NCBI GenBank assembly: GCA_964638145.1
Contig: CAZXAK010000045.1
Location: forward strand, 87,629-151,628
Reading direction: 5' to 3'
Source of the DNA: an uncultured Desulfobacterales bacterium
Lineage (GTDB): Bacteria > Desulfobacterota > Dissulfuribacteria > Dissulfuribacterales > QOAL01
DNA length: 64,000 nucleotides
In this document: positions 37,532-47,430 of the stretch, piece by piece
How the letters are laid out: every line of letters begins with the position of its first letter
How positions within the stretch are numbered: position 1 is the stretch's first letter
Notes under the pieces: model-generated
What the model was told of the DNA's origin: nothing
Database searches by the model: none
The model's input: only the letters and a program-made list of their open reading frames with translations
Translations under genes and position numbers: made by a program

Positions 37532-37577
37532 TAAAAGGTTGGTTAACGTATGTAAATAGACACAGCGAGGAGTTCAT

Positions 37578-38225
37578 ATGAAGTTTTTTATTGACACAGC
37601 AAACCTTGATGAGATTGCAAAGGCTGCAGAGTATGGGCTGGTGGATGGGGTTACCACCAATCCTTCCCTGATTGCCAAGGAAAATTGCAGGTTTGAAGAC
37701 AGAATTCGGGAAATATGTAATTTGATTTCCGGACCGGTCAGCGCTGAGGTAATCAGCACTGAGGCAGATGGCATGGTGGCTGAGGCTGAAAGGCTTGCGG
37801 CCATTGCGGAGAATGTAGTTATAAAGATCCCCATGATCACCGAGGGGCTTAAGGCCACCAAGATTCTGGCACAGAAGGGGATCAAGACAAACGTTACTTT
37901 GGTATTTTCTCCGCTTCAGGCACTTCTTGCCGCAAAGGCCGGTGCTACCTTCGTAAGCCCGTTTGTGGGGCGTCTGGATGATATCTCCCAGGATGGTATG
38001 GAGCTTATCGCGGACATCGTCCAGATATATGAAAATTATGCCTTTGATACAGAGATCATTGTGGCAAGTATCAGGCATCCGGTGCATGTGCTCATGAGTG
38101 CCAAGATGGGAGCTGACATTGCCACCATCCCCTTTAAGGTCATATCCCAGCTTGCCCATCATCCACTTACAGATGCAGGGCTTGAAAAGTTTTTATCTGC
38201 TTGGGAGAACGTTCCGACAAGCTGA
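37578..38225 (+). CDS. tal: short-type transaldolase / fructose-6-phosphate aldolase
   Basis: 215 aa. [21 protein letters not shown], and a Schiff-base Lys context VVIKIPMT. Confidence 0.85.
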   Translation: MKFFIDTANLDEIAKAAEYGLVDGVTTNPSLIAKENCRFEDRIREICNLISGPVSAEVISTEADGMVAEAERLAAIAENVVIKIPMITEGLKATKILAQKGIKTNVTLVFSPLQALLAAKAGATFVSPFVGRLDDISQDGMELIADIVQIYENYAFDTEIIVASIRHPVHVLMSAKMGADIATIPFKVISQLAHHPLTDAGLEKFLSAWENVPTS

Positions 38226-38228
38226 TTA

Positions 38229-38921
38229 ATGAGTCAGTTTGTTAGATGTGAATTACTTTTCAGAAATGCAGTTGTCGTTTGTGTCCTTACGGCCTCCTTG
38301 TGCCTTGTCTGGTATTTGCCAGGGTGTATGGCGGGAGATATCTATTCCTTTGTTGATGAGGACGGGGTAATACATTTTTCCAATGCCCCGTCTGATCCAA
38401 GATATGCCGTTACTGAACAGGGGGAGGCAAATCGATCTGCAGGAATTGGGGCAAGGCATTCTATATATGGCCACGGCAGGGATATATCTCTTTGCAAGGA
38501 GAGAGATTGTATCAAGTCTCCCGAACTGTCAAAGCTTGTGTATGAAACTGCCAGTCGGCATGGAGTTGATCCTGATCTGTTAAAGGCTATAATAGAGGTT
38601 GAATCTGGGGGAAGGCCTGACGCACGTTCCCGCAAGGGGGCTGTGGGACTTATGCAGCTTATGCCAGAGACTGCTGCAGAGGTGGGTGTAAAGGACAGGA
38701 CAGACCGCCATCAGAATATTCGGGGTGGAACTATTTACTTCCGTAATCTGCTTGAAAGATTTGGTGGTAATGTTGTCCTGGCACTGGCGGCATACAATGC
38801 CGGGCCAGCATCTGTTGAAAAGTATAAGGGTATCCCTCCCTACCTTGAGACAGTACGCTATGTGAGGAAGGTGCTGGAGGCATGGAACAGGTACAGAGAC
38901 GGGACTGGTTCCCGGAAATAG
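38229..38921 (+). CDS. lytic transglycosylase (DUF4124-like N-domain plus SLT domain)
   Basis: 230 aa. Hydrophobic N-terminus with LPGC, then IYSFVDEDGVIHFSN, then the SLT catalytic block IIEVESGGRPDARSRKGAVGLMQLMPETA and AYNAGP. Confidence 0.8.
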   Translation: MSQFVRCELLFRNAVVVCVLTASLCLVWYLPGCMAGDIYSFVDEDGVIHFSNAPSDPRYAVTEQGEANRSAGIGARHSIYGHGRDISLCKERDCIKSPELSKLVYETASRHGVDPDLLKAIIEVESGGRPDARSRKGAVGLMQLMPETAAEVGVKDRTDRHQNIRGGTIYFRNLLERFGGNVVLALAAYNAGPASVEKYKGIPPYLETVRYVRKVLEAWNRYRDGTGSRK

Positions 38922-38936
38922 AGAAGGAAATGCGCT

Positions 38937-39287
38937 ATGGAAATAAATTCCTACCGTTTTGGAAGTATTGTGATTGATGGCAGGACCTATACAACAGATT
39001 TGAAGATTATCAGAAATCAGGTGATTGATAACTGGTGGCGGGCCAGTGGTCATGTTTGTACCATAGAAGATATCCAGGATATAATAGCTGCGAAACCTCA
39101 TACCCTTATCCTTGGAACCGGGGCATCCGGACTCATGAAGCCGGCCCCTGGCCTGTCAGAGGAGTTGGGGAAACATGGAATTCGTTTAGAGAGTATTCCC
39201 ACTGAACTTGCTACCATGAGATTCAATGAGCTGTGCGGAATGGTGGGCAGTGAAGATGTAGCGTTTGCCGCGCATCTCACATGTTAA
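38937..39287 (+). CDS. Mth938/DUF498-like domain protein
   Basis: 116 aa. FGSIVIDGRTYTTDLKI followed by LILGTGASG, as in the Mth938/NDUFAF3-like family. Confidence 0.6.
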   Translation: MEINSYRFGSIVIDGRTYTTDLKIIRNQVIDNWWRASGHVCTIEDIQDIIAAKPHTLILGTGASGLMKPAPGLSEELGKHGIRLESIPTELATMRFNELCGMVGSEDVAFAAHLTC

Positions 39288-39292
39288 TTTTT

Positions 39293-39365
39293 CCCAAATT
39301 GAACGGTTGTTCAATGAGGGGGAATTTTATTTGCCGCATGATTTGAAACCACACGGTGGTCTGTT
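39293..39365. repeat. Family-B repeat fragments (B6)
   Basis: CCCAAATTGAACGGTTGTTCAATGAGGG is a left end abutting a right end. CCGCATGATTTGAAACC matches CCGCATGATTTGAAATG at 37504 and CGCATAATTTGAAACC at 32937. Confidence 0.45.
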
Positions 39366-39424
39366 GCATGGTGTAAGTCCTTGTCATATTTCAGTTATAT
39401 GAGCAATATCTCTAGTATTTCCTG

Positions 39425-39541
39425 GTAACTGTTCAGAGGGTTCTTTGCTGGTATTATCGTACAGTTGTCTGAAATGTATCTGTTTGCAGGGTGCTACAGA
39501 TACAATGTCGAGGGTGGGCAGGCGTACTCCCTGTACTTCAA
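39425..39541 (-). repeat. Family-C repeat, copy C-b
   Basis: The reverse complement aligns over ~115 nt, at roughly 80 percent identity by eye, with 48950-49062. Shared blocks: TGAAGTACAGGGAGTACGCCTGC, TTGTATCTGT, CAGATACAT, TCAGACA, CGATAATACC, GCAAA and AACCCT. Confidence 0.7.
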
Positions 39542-39881
39542 GTGCCATACAGGTAAGTTAAGCCTCCGAGGCAGTATATGTGGTGCCCTGTGGACAGATC
39601 CTTCCGTGGTGTCATGTATAGGCGCATAGTCGGTTATTACGTCAGCGCCCACTTCAATGTATTATTTCGCTGATTCAATCTATAAAAATTTAACACCACT
39701 CTGTCCCCAAGGGGGAATCTCGTGCCTATCTCAAGGGAAAATAATGCATGTCTTGCAATATACCCAATGAGGTTCTTGTCTGATCAATTTATTCATTTCT
39801 TTCTGTAATTTCAATAAAATATATTTAACAGTGCCCTGTTGCTCCCAGTTGGTGTCTCAGAATTTCGCCCGTGTTTTCAGT

Positions 39882-39897
39882 CGGCATGGCTTTTGCG
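39882..39897 (+). promoter_or_regulatory. candidate sigma-54 (-24/-12) promoter for the fliK-flgD-flgE operon
   Basis: cGGCATggcttTTGCg matches TGGCAC-N5-TTGC in the GG/GC dinucleotides, their spacing, and TTGC. It lies 240 nt upstream of the fliK ATG, with an AT-rich tract and a partial IHF-like ATCAAtttaTT (39782-39794) ~90 nt upstream. There is no experimental support. Confidence 0.35.
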
Positions 39898-40137
39898 AGG
39901 TATCGTTGGCGAAATGTCATGAGGCTTTTCGTTAACAGGGCTCATATTCTGTACTTAACAGATAGGGCTAAAATGCATAGTCGTGTCCATGTGTAAATGG
40001 CCCCTTTTGTACTATGGCTGTATTGCTCGTCAGTGAAAGATGTTCATGCCTACCGGGTATATTCTGTTTTTCACTACTTCACGCCTTGCCATAGAACAAA
40101 ATTTTCATTTCTGCATGGACATTAGCACGGGAAAATT

Positions 40138-42036
40138 ATGAATTCCATGCCCATTGTGAACGTAATTCCACAGGAGCCACAGGCCACGGCTCCTGAACAG
40201 AAGCTTGCGGTTCCCAAGGAGGATGCCGGCAAGTTTGACCTGGTGCTTAGTGCCCATGCCTCCAAGGATGTCCCCAAAGTGTCTGTACAGAAAAAAGTGC
40301 CTGCACAGAAAGTGTCTGTACAGACACAGACAGAGATTGAGGGTGGTGGGGCGCCTGTATCAAAGGGTAAGCCCAGCGTATCTTTTGATAAAGGCAGAGG
40401 GTTGGCTGGTAAGCGGTTGGAAGATAATGATCTCACAGCCCTGATGGTTTTTCTTGGGGTTCTGGGGCAGCAGTTGCAGCAGGCCCAGGATACCCCGGGG
40501 GAAATGTCAGGGGGCAGTGAGCGGCCAGTTGTCAAACATCTTCTGAAACAGTTTGCAGGAAAAGGTGCCGGGGAGTCGTGGTCAAAAGGGGACATCAATG
40601 AGCAGATAGATTCACTGACTGCCAATCTTTCAGCCCTTGTGATGCCGGAGGAAATATTCGGAAAGAACCTCGATTCCGTGATGGAGACATTGACAGCTTT
40701 CACCAAGGACCAGGATGCAGGGTTGCAGGATGTCCTTGTTGAGAAGTTGCAATCCTTGGGGGATGCGGCAACGCATGGATCAGTTTGCCTGCCCGGTTCT
40801 TTGTTGAAAGAGCTGAAGAATGCTGAGGTTTCCAATGTCCCATCGCAACAGTCAGATCAGGAAGGCGTGTCAGAGGCCGTGGATATGAGTAAGGGGGCTG
40901 TCCTGGAAGACAAGCCAGTTTTTATGCAAGTGCAGTTTGCGGAGCCGAAAAATGACCATATGAAAGGCCCGATAGAAAAATCTGATTCATCTGAAGAACA
41001 GGTTTGCATGTCTCCCAAGATGGATGGGCATACCCATGGGAAGGCTATGCATGAAATTCAGGATTCAGCAGGGGGAGATGTTGGTAATTCGCATCTTGCA
41101 TCTGCCCCTATGGATAGAGGCAATAATAATCTCAAAAAAGATACAGATACCGGGAATCCTGACTTGATGGTCAGGGTATCCAGTCATGGGTTGCAGGAGG
41201 AGGCAAATCAACCGGCAGAGTATTCAGGCATTGATTTCAAGCCGCTGGATAAGGCCCAGCGCGATAAACATGCAAAGGGCCAGAGATTTGGTCAAAGTTC
41301 TCGTGTTGAGCGTTTGTCCGCACAGCAGGGTCCTTCTAACAGCGTGAACAATGGCGCTGCCGTATCAGGACCATCAGTATCAGAGAACAGGTCAGGGGAG
41401 CATGTGCTGATTGTGGATTTCAGGCCTGATATCAGGCATGAGACAGATAGTGTACAAACGGAGAAGGTATTGAACCGGATTCCAGGGCAGAGTGATGTAC
41501 TTCCACAGCCATCATCTTCATCCATGCATGGAAATTTTCAGGAGATGAAGGCTGGTTACGCAGTTGATACGGCAAAGGGGGGGGCATTCACCGATACGCC
41601 GTCTCGCATAGGTGTCCTTGATCAAATCAGCCAAGGGATACACACAGCAGTAGCCATGAACAGGAACCGGGCTGTGATACACCTCAATCCCCCTGAGCTT
41701 GGTTCAGTTACCATAAGGCTTCATGTGGACCATAACAATCATGTTCATGCCTCTTTTTTGACTGAGCATGTGCATACACATCAGCTTCTTGAGTCTGGCA
41801 TGGAGTCTTTGAGACAACAGCTTGGTCACAACGGTTTTGACCTTGGGCAGGTGAATGTAAATGTTGGGGGCGGAGGCATGCATGATACCGGTACATCCCG
41901 CAGGGAACAGTCAGATCGTGAAAGACACGGGTTTGAAGAGATGATCAGGGATGATGAGATAGATACGGAGATCACTGCACCAGTATCCAGTGCAGGCCTG
42001 TCAGGACCTGCAGGTGGAGTCCATATCATAATGTGA
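40138..42036 (+). CDS. fliK: flagellar hook-length control protein FliK
   Basis: 632 aa. Low-complexity N-terminal two thirds and a C-terminal Flg_hook block LNPPELGSVTIRLHVDHNNHVHASFLTEHVHTHQLLESGMESLRQQLGHNGFDLGQVNV. Followed by flgD-flgE. Confidence 0.8.
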   Translation: MNSMPIVNVIPQEPQATAPEQKLAVPKEDAGKFDLVLSAHASKDVPKVSVQKKVPAQKVSVQTQTEIEGGGAPVSKGKPSVSFDKGRGLAGKRLEDNDLTALMVFLGVLGQQLQQAQDTPGEMSGGSERPVVKHLLKQFAGKGAGESWSKGDINEQIDSLTANLSALVMPEEIFGKNLDSVMETLTAFTKDQDAGLQDVLVEKLQSLGDAATHGSVCLPGSLLKELKNAEVSNVPSQQSDQEGVSEAVDMSKGAVLEDKPVFMQVQFAEPKNDHMKGPIEKSDSSEEQVCMSPKMDGHTHGKAMHEIQDSAGGDVGNSHLASAPMDRGNNNLKKDTDTGNPDLMVRVSSHGLQEEANQPAEYSGIDFKPLDKAQRDKHAKGQRFGQSSRVERLSAQQGPSNSVNNGAAVSGPSVSENRSGEHVLIVDFRPDIRHETDSVQTEKVLNRIPGQSDVLPQPSSSSMHGNFQEMKAGYAVDTAKGGAFTDTPSRIGVLDQISQGIHTAVAMNRNRAVIHLNPPELGSVTIRLHVDHNNHVHASFLTEHVHTHQLLESGMESLRQQLGHNGFDLGQVNVNVGGGGMHDTGTSRREQSDRERHGFEEMIRDDEIDTEITAPVSSAGLSGPAGGVHIIM

Positions 42037-42109
42037 TGAGATGTAATGAGGGTCGGTTCTGTTTGGCCGGTTCTGAACTGAAAGAGGTAAGATCAAAGGA
42101 GTATCATCC

Positions 42110-42796
42110 ATGGAAGCAGGAGTTTTGAACAGTCCCGTTGTTACCCCAGGGGATCCGCAGGATAAAATCGAGTACAAGACGGCTGAGGAGCACTCCTCTC
42201 TAACAAAAGAGGATTTTATGAACCTGTTTGTTATGCAGCTCCAGTATCAGGACCCTATGGATCCCATGGATACTGCAGAGATGTCCTCCCAGATGGCAGA
42301 GCTGAACATGGTGGATCTCATGTACAAGAACAATGAGGCCATGGACAGACTGGTGGAATCGGACAGGAATCGTACCAATATGTCTGCTGTGGCCATGATG
42401 GGGCATGAGGTCAGGTATCAGGGATCGGACCTCACTGTATCAGATGATGGCCCTGCACCATTTGATTACGAACTTGACGGGCCTGCCGCATCGGTTCAGG
42501 TGACCATATATGATAGCCAGGGCCAAGTGGTCAATAAGTGGGAGACAGGTGAAACCTCAGGGGACAGACAGGCTCTTGGCTGGGACGGGATGGACATGAA
42601 CGGTGATGAGGTGGCCCCTGGAAACTACAAGGTCGAGATAGAGGCTGTTGACGAGACCGGCGCAGACGTAGGGGTGAGTTCCTGGACTACCGGTGTGGTG
42701 ACAGGTGTGTCCTATCAGGAAGACGGGATGCCACTGCTCAAACTGGAAAATGGCACTGAGGTAGGCTTGGACAAGATTTGGATGGTAAATTCCTAA
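42110..42796 (+). CDS. flgD: flagellar hook assembly/capping protein FlgD
   Basis: 228 aa. The N-terminal FMNLFVMQLQYQDPMDPMD motif is characteristic of FlgD, and the gene sits between fliK and flgE. Confidence 0.85.
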   Translation: MEAGVLNSPVVTPGDPQDKIEYKTAEEHSSLTKEDFMNLFVMQLQYQDPMDPMDTAEMSSQMAELNMVDLMYKNNEAMDRLVESDRNRTNMSAVAMMGHEVRYQGSDLTVSDDGPAPFDYELDGPAASVQVTIYDSQGQVVNKWETGETSGDRQALGWDGMDMNGDEVAPGNYKVEIEAVDETGADVGVSSWTTGVVTGVSYQEDGMPLLKLENGTEVGLDKIWMVNS

Positions 42797-42872
42797 ACCT
42801 TATTGATTGATTGTTGAGAGTAAGACTTACGGCAAATGGGAAAGTGCCGTGTAACTCATAAAGGAGGAAAAG

Positions 42873-44444
42873 ATGGCTTTAACCAGTTCCCTGTACTCAG
42901 GCGTTAGCGGATTGGTCAACATGGGCAATGCCATGCAGGTTATCGGTGACAATATTGCGAATGTTAACACCAACGGTTTTAAAGGGGCCAGGGCCACATT
43001 TCAGGATATTATGGCCCAGTCCATAAATACGGCAAGGGGAGGTTCCCAGGTAGGGCGCGGGTCAGCCATGTCTGACGTTGCACCACTTTTTAGCCAGGGC
43101 TCTTTTGAAAGTACATCTTCTCCTACTGATCTTGCCATAGCGGGAAATGGTTTTTTTATGGTGACCGACCCTGCAAGAGAGAACAGCATCTATTATACAC
43201 GGGCAGGACAGTTCCATGTTGACAAGACGGGATATCTGGTGAATCCGGCAGGTCTCAGGGCCCAGGGATGGGAGATGGAGACCCAGCCTGATGGTACGGC
43301 AGAGATGATAGGCTCCATAACCGATATCCAGATATCCAACAACTCGGCTCCGGTAGCCACTGACCTGGCTACTGTTACAGTCAACCTTGACAGTCGTGTT
43401 ACAGGTCCTGTATCGCCGCAGAATCTTGTCGGCAGTTGGGATGGTACGCAAAACGATGGAGGAATCGCTCAGAATGTGGATTATGAGTATAGCACCACGT
43501 TCAATGTATATGACAGCCTGGGGAATACCCACGAGATAACCGTGAGATTTGACAGGACTGATCCTGCAGTGACAGGCAATGAGAGGGAGTGGGAATTTTT
43601 GGTGACAATGGACCCTCAGGATGACCGTGGAATCACTCCTCGTAACAAAAATTCCGGTCTGTTGATGGGCGGATACGTTTCATTTACGCCTCAGGGCCAG
43701 ATTGACCGGATTTACGGCCCTGCGGCAGATGGCACAGGCGATCCTCCTCCCGATCCTACTACCTGGACCCCGGACAGGGATACATATCCTGCCCGTTACA
43801 ACTCCAATCCCCCTGGTGGCGGTGCGGCTGCCTGGGAAAGGACTTCTTTCGGTGATCATAACTATCCACAGTTGGTGGCATTCTTTCTGCCTCCCACTGA
43901 TCCTGCCAACCCTGACCCAATAACCGGACAGGATGCATCTGCACAGCTTATGGAGCTGAACTTTGGGGCAAAGGCTGCATTTACTGGGGGTGGGACAATT
44001 GACCACTGGAATGTGGAGGCCATCAGTACAACCCAGTATGCAAACCGTTCAAGCACACTGTTCTATGATCAGAACGGTTTTGGTGCTGGTTTTTTAGAGA
44101 CCCTTAATGTGGATTCGGAGGGCGTGATTTCAGGCAGCTATTCCAACGGAAGGATCATATCCCTTGCACGTATAGCCCTTGCCAGGTTCAATAGTCCCAC
44201 TGATCTCTCCAAGGAGGGAGGTAGCCTGTGGCGTCAGACCACGGCCTCTGGTGCTCCCATAACAGGTCCTCCAAGGACCAATGGCCTTGGTTCCATTGCC
44301 TCCAATGCCCTTGAGCAGTCAACTGTGGATATGGGTACGGAGTTTGTGAAACTTATCACCACGCAAAGGGCATTTCAGGCAAATTCAAGGGTTATAACCA
44401 CTACGGATGACATGCTCCAGGAGCTGATGGCCATGAAGCGTTAG
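42873..44444 (+). CDS. flgE: flagellar hook protein FlgE
   Basis: 523 aa. N-terminal SGVSGLVNMGNAMQVIGDNIANVNTNGFK and C-terminal LEQSTVDMGTEFVKLITTQRAFQANSRVITTTDDMLQEL axial-protein motifs. AGGAGG Shine-Dalgarno. Confidence 0.9.
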   Translation: MALTSSLYSGVSGLVNMGNAMQVIGDNIANVNTNGFKGARATFQDIMAQSINTARGGSQVGRGSAMSDVAPLFSQGSFESTSSPTDLAIAGNGFFMVTDPARENSIYYTRAGQFHVDKTGYLVNPAGLRAQGWEMETQPDGTAEMIGSITDIQISNNSAPVATDLATVTVNLDSRVTGPVSPQNLVGSWDGTQNDGGIAQNVDYEYSTTFNVYDSLGNTHEITVRFDRTDPAVTGNEREWEFLVTMDPQDDRGITPRNKNSGLLMGGYVSFTPQGQIDRIYGPAADGTGDPPPDPTTWTPDRDTYPARYNSNPPGGGAAAWERTSFGDHNYPQLVAFFLPPTDPANPDPITGQDASAQLMELNFGAKAAFTGGGTIDHWNVEAISTTQYANRSSTLFYDQNGFGAGFLETLNVDSEGVISGSYSNGRIISLARIALARFNSPTDLSKEGGSLWRQTTASGAPITGPPRTNGLGSIASNALEQSTVDMGTEFVKLITTQRAFQANSRVITTTDDMLQELMAMKR

Positions 44445-44509
44445 TCCAAACTTCTCCTCGGAGCAGGTTTGTTGGCTGTTGTTACACTCACATGGCCTCC
44501 TGCTGTTTC

Positions 44510-44547
44510 CCTTCTGAATATCAAATGTGTTCAGGAGGGTTTTTTTA
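44510..44547 (+). terminator. rho-independent terminator downstream of flgE
   Basis: CCTTCTGAA-tatcaaatgtg-TTCAGGAGG (9-bp stem including one G-U pair) followed by GTTTTTTTATT, 66 nt after the flgE stop. Confidence 0.75.
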
Positions 44548-44787
44548 TTGCAATAATCCTGTTGTATGGCTAAAAAGTCCTTGCAGTGTATGAATGAATC
44601 CGCTCAACTGACTTGATTGAACCTTTGCGCTGCGCTATGAAGTAGAACTGTTGCCCGTTGGTTATTAGTTCGGGCTATTTGTTTGTTAGGTAGAACATAA
44701 GAGTTGTTTTCAAGTGTGTTTATGGTGCAGGAATCGGAAAGGTAACCGTTCCTGGTAAAAAATAAAAATCACAGGAGATTTTTTGTC

Positions 44788-47361
44788 ATGCCCAAAGGTC
44801 TACGCTGGAAATTTCTGTTGATGACAGGACTCATCATCTTCGCGGTAGTCCTGTTGCTGCCCTCCTTTTATACGAATACGCCTCAATGGTTTAAGAAATA
44901 TGTATACCAGCAGGGACTGAAGCTGGGTCTCGACCTGCAGGGTGGTATGCATCTCATACTCAAGGTGGATGTGGACCAGGCCGTGAAGAATGCTGCAAAC
45001 CTTGCAGCAAGGGATCTACAGGATGCCCTGAAGCACAAGCACATCACTGTGGTTCGCAGAAAGAGCCCTGATAATGGAGAGATACTGTTTGCGGTACCCA
45101 ACAAGAACGCTGTGGAACAGATAAAGAATATCCTCGAAGAGGATTTCCCCAACCTTGAGCTGAAGGAGGTCAGGGAAAATGGTAAGTTCCCGATTCTTGT
45201 ACTGAAGCTTGCCTCTCAGGAGGAGAAGTTCATCAGGGAGAATGCAGTCGACCAGTCTCTTGAGATCATAAGAAACAGGATTGACCAGTTTGGTGTATCA
45301 GAGCCGGTTATTGTGCGCCAGGGTGAGGACCAGATCGTGGTTCAGTTGCCTGGTGTGAAAGATCCAAAACGTGCCCTCAAACTCATCGGTCAGACGGCCC
45401 AGCTTGAGTTCAAGCTGGTTGACTCTGATGCAGGTATAGACGTTGCCTCACTTATCCGTAGGGCCGTCAATGAAGGGCGGCTTCCGGCTGGGGCTGACAT
45501 CAAGGTGATAAATTCTGTACTAAAGGGGCAGATTCCGCCTGGTGATGCCATCTACTTCATGAAGGAACAGGACAGCCGGACAGGCAGGGTGAGGAAGACT
45601 CCCATACTCCTGAAGGACCGTACCCTCATGACTGGTGATGCAGTAAAGACTGCACATGTTCGTATAGGTGGTGCCTATAACGAACCCTATGTTGCCCTTG
45701 AGCTGACAGACCGGGGGGCCAGACTGTTTGCCAAGATTACCGAGGAGAATGTTGGCAAGCGGCTTGCCATTGTGCTTGACGGAGTTGTACGTTCAGCCCC
45801 TGTCATCAGGGAAAAGATTGATGGAGGGCATGCCCAGATATCAGGTTCCTTTACCCATGAGGAGGCGGCTGACCTGGCAATTGTCCTGAGGGCGGGCGCA
45901 CTTCCTGCTCCGGTGAAGATTATCCAGAATGTGACGGTAGGGCCGTCTCTTGGCCGTGATTCCATTCAGAAAGGCCTGTATTCCGGTCTTTTTGGTGCCT
46001 GCTTTGTCATTATTTTCATGGTTGTGTATTACAGCTTTTCCGGTCTCATCGCTGACATAGCCATGATGTTAAACCTCCTGTTCCTCATGGCAGTGCTGGC
46101 CCTGTTCCAGGCCACACTTACACTGCCTGGGATAGCAGGTATCATCCTTACCATAGGTATGGGTGTTGATTCCAACGTGCTGATCTTTGAACGAATGCGT
46201 GAGGAAAAGGCCCTGGGCAAGCCGCTCAAGGCGTTTATAGATGGCGGATATGACAAGGCGTTCTGGACCATTGTGGATGCCCACGTCACCACACTTATAA
46301 CCGCCATGGCACTGTTTCTGTTTGGTACAGGCCCGATCAAGGGTTTTGCTGTTACGCTTTCCGCAGGTATCATAATCAACCTGTTTACAGCCATATTCGG
46401 TACCCGCATTGTCTATGATTTCCTGCTGGCAAAGAAGGCCATCAAGGATATCCGTTTCATGCATCTCGTCAAGAAGACCTCTCTTGACTTCATCAGCAAA
46501 CGGAATATTGCCTTCTGCATCTCGGCAATCCTGGTTGCTACGGGTCTGTTTGCCTTTGTTCAGATCAACCGTGGCGCAGCAAATCTTGGAGTTGACTTTG
46601 CCGGTGGCACAATGGTGCAGTACCGGGCTGACAAGCCATTTCAGCTAAAGGACGTGCGGGCCGCCATGGAGAAGGCAGGCATTAAAGGATATACGCTGCA
46701 GGAGGTGCCCGGAGAGAATATTCTCATTGTGAGAGTAAAAAAATCGGTTGCGACTGTTGGCAACATAGAGGGTACCATTACCGCAACCCTTGAAAAGGCC
46801 CTGCCCACTATAAAGTTCACCATAGACAGCAAGACAGAGATCGGATCCACTGTGAGCAAGGAGCTGAGGCAAAAGGCTATTCTTGCCATTGCCATATCCC
46901 TTCTTGGCATTATCGCTTATCTCGCATTCAGGTTCAATCTTAGTTTTGGGGTTGCCGCTGCCATTGCCACATTCCATGATGTGCTTGCAGTCCTTGGTAT
47001 CCTCTATCTGCTTAATGTGGAGATCACACTTCTCATTGTGACTGCCCTGCTGACGCTGGCAGGATATTCTCTTACTGACACTGTGGTGGTCTTTGACCGA
47101 ATCAGGGAGAATATGAGGCGCAACCGCAAGATTGGATTTGCTGCCATAATAAATCGAAGTGTCAATGAGATGCTTGGCCGCACCATCATCACTTCATTTA
47201 CCACCCTGATCGTGGTGCTCTGTCTTCTGTTCTTTGGTGGAGTGGTGATTCATGATTTTGCTCTTGCACTCATGCTTGGCATCATTGTGGGAACCTACTC
47301 ATCTGTATTTGTGGCAAGTCCCATCGTGTACATATGGCACAAGGGCAAGGTGCCAGAATAA
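44788..47361 (+). CDS. secDF: protein translocase subunit SecDF (fused SecD-SecF)
   Basis: 857 aa. A SecD-like N-terminal TM, large periplasmic domain and 5 TMs run in frame into a SecF-like half (FDFISKRNIAF..., DTVVVFDRIREN). Confidence 0.9.
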   Translation: MPKGLRWKFLLMTGLIIFAVVLLLPSFYTNTPQWFKKYVYQQGLKLGLDLQGGMHLILKVDVDQAVKNAANLAARDLQDALKHKHITVVRRKSPDNGEILFAVPNKNAVEQIKNILEEDFPNLELKEVRENGKFPILVLKLASQEEKFIRENAVDQSLEIIRNRIDQFGVSEPVIVRQGEDQIVVQLPGVKDPKRALKLIGQTAQLEFKLVDSDAGIDVASLIRRAVNEGRLPAGADIKVINSVLKGQIPPGDAIYFMKEQDSRTGRVRKTPILLKDRTLMTGDAVKTAHVRIGGAYNEPYVALELTDRGARLFAKITEENVGKRLAIVLDGVVRSAPVIREKIDGGHAQISGSFTHEEAADLAIVLRAGALPAPVKIIQNVTVGPSLGRDSIQKGLYSGLFGACFVIIFMVVYYSFSGLIADIAMMLNLLFLMAVLALFQATLTLPGIAGIILTIGMGVDSNVLIFERMREEKALGKPLKAFIDGGYDKAFWTIVDAHVTTLITAMALFLFGTGPIKGFAVTLSAGIIINLFTAIFGTRIVYDFLLAKKAIKDIRFMHLVKKTSLDFISKRNIAFCISAILVATGLFAFVQINRGAANLGVDFAGGTMVQYRADKPFQLKDVRAAMEKAGIKGYTLQEVPGENILIVRVKKSVATVGNIEGTITATLEKALPTIKFTIDSKTEIGSTVSKELRQKAILAIAISLLGIIAYLAFRFNLSFGVAAAIATFHDVLAVLGILYLLNVEITLLIVTALLTLAGYSLTDTVVVFDRIRENMRRNRKIGFAAIINRSVNEMLGRTIITSFTTLIVVLCLLFFGGVVIHDFALALMLGIIVGTYSSVFVASPIVYIWHKGKVPE

Positions 47362-47430
47362 GAGTTCGTGGTTTTGTGTGAGTTGCGCTATCCTTGCACT
47401 TTCCACCTGTACTGTTTTGTAGGCTGTGGT

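Noticed and set aside
40122-40835. 237-aa minus-strand ORF overlapping the start of fliK
   Set aside because: It is antisense to fliK, which has a recognisable Flg_hook C-terminal domain and operon context. Its translation is Ser/Pro/Cys-rich and implausible.
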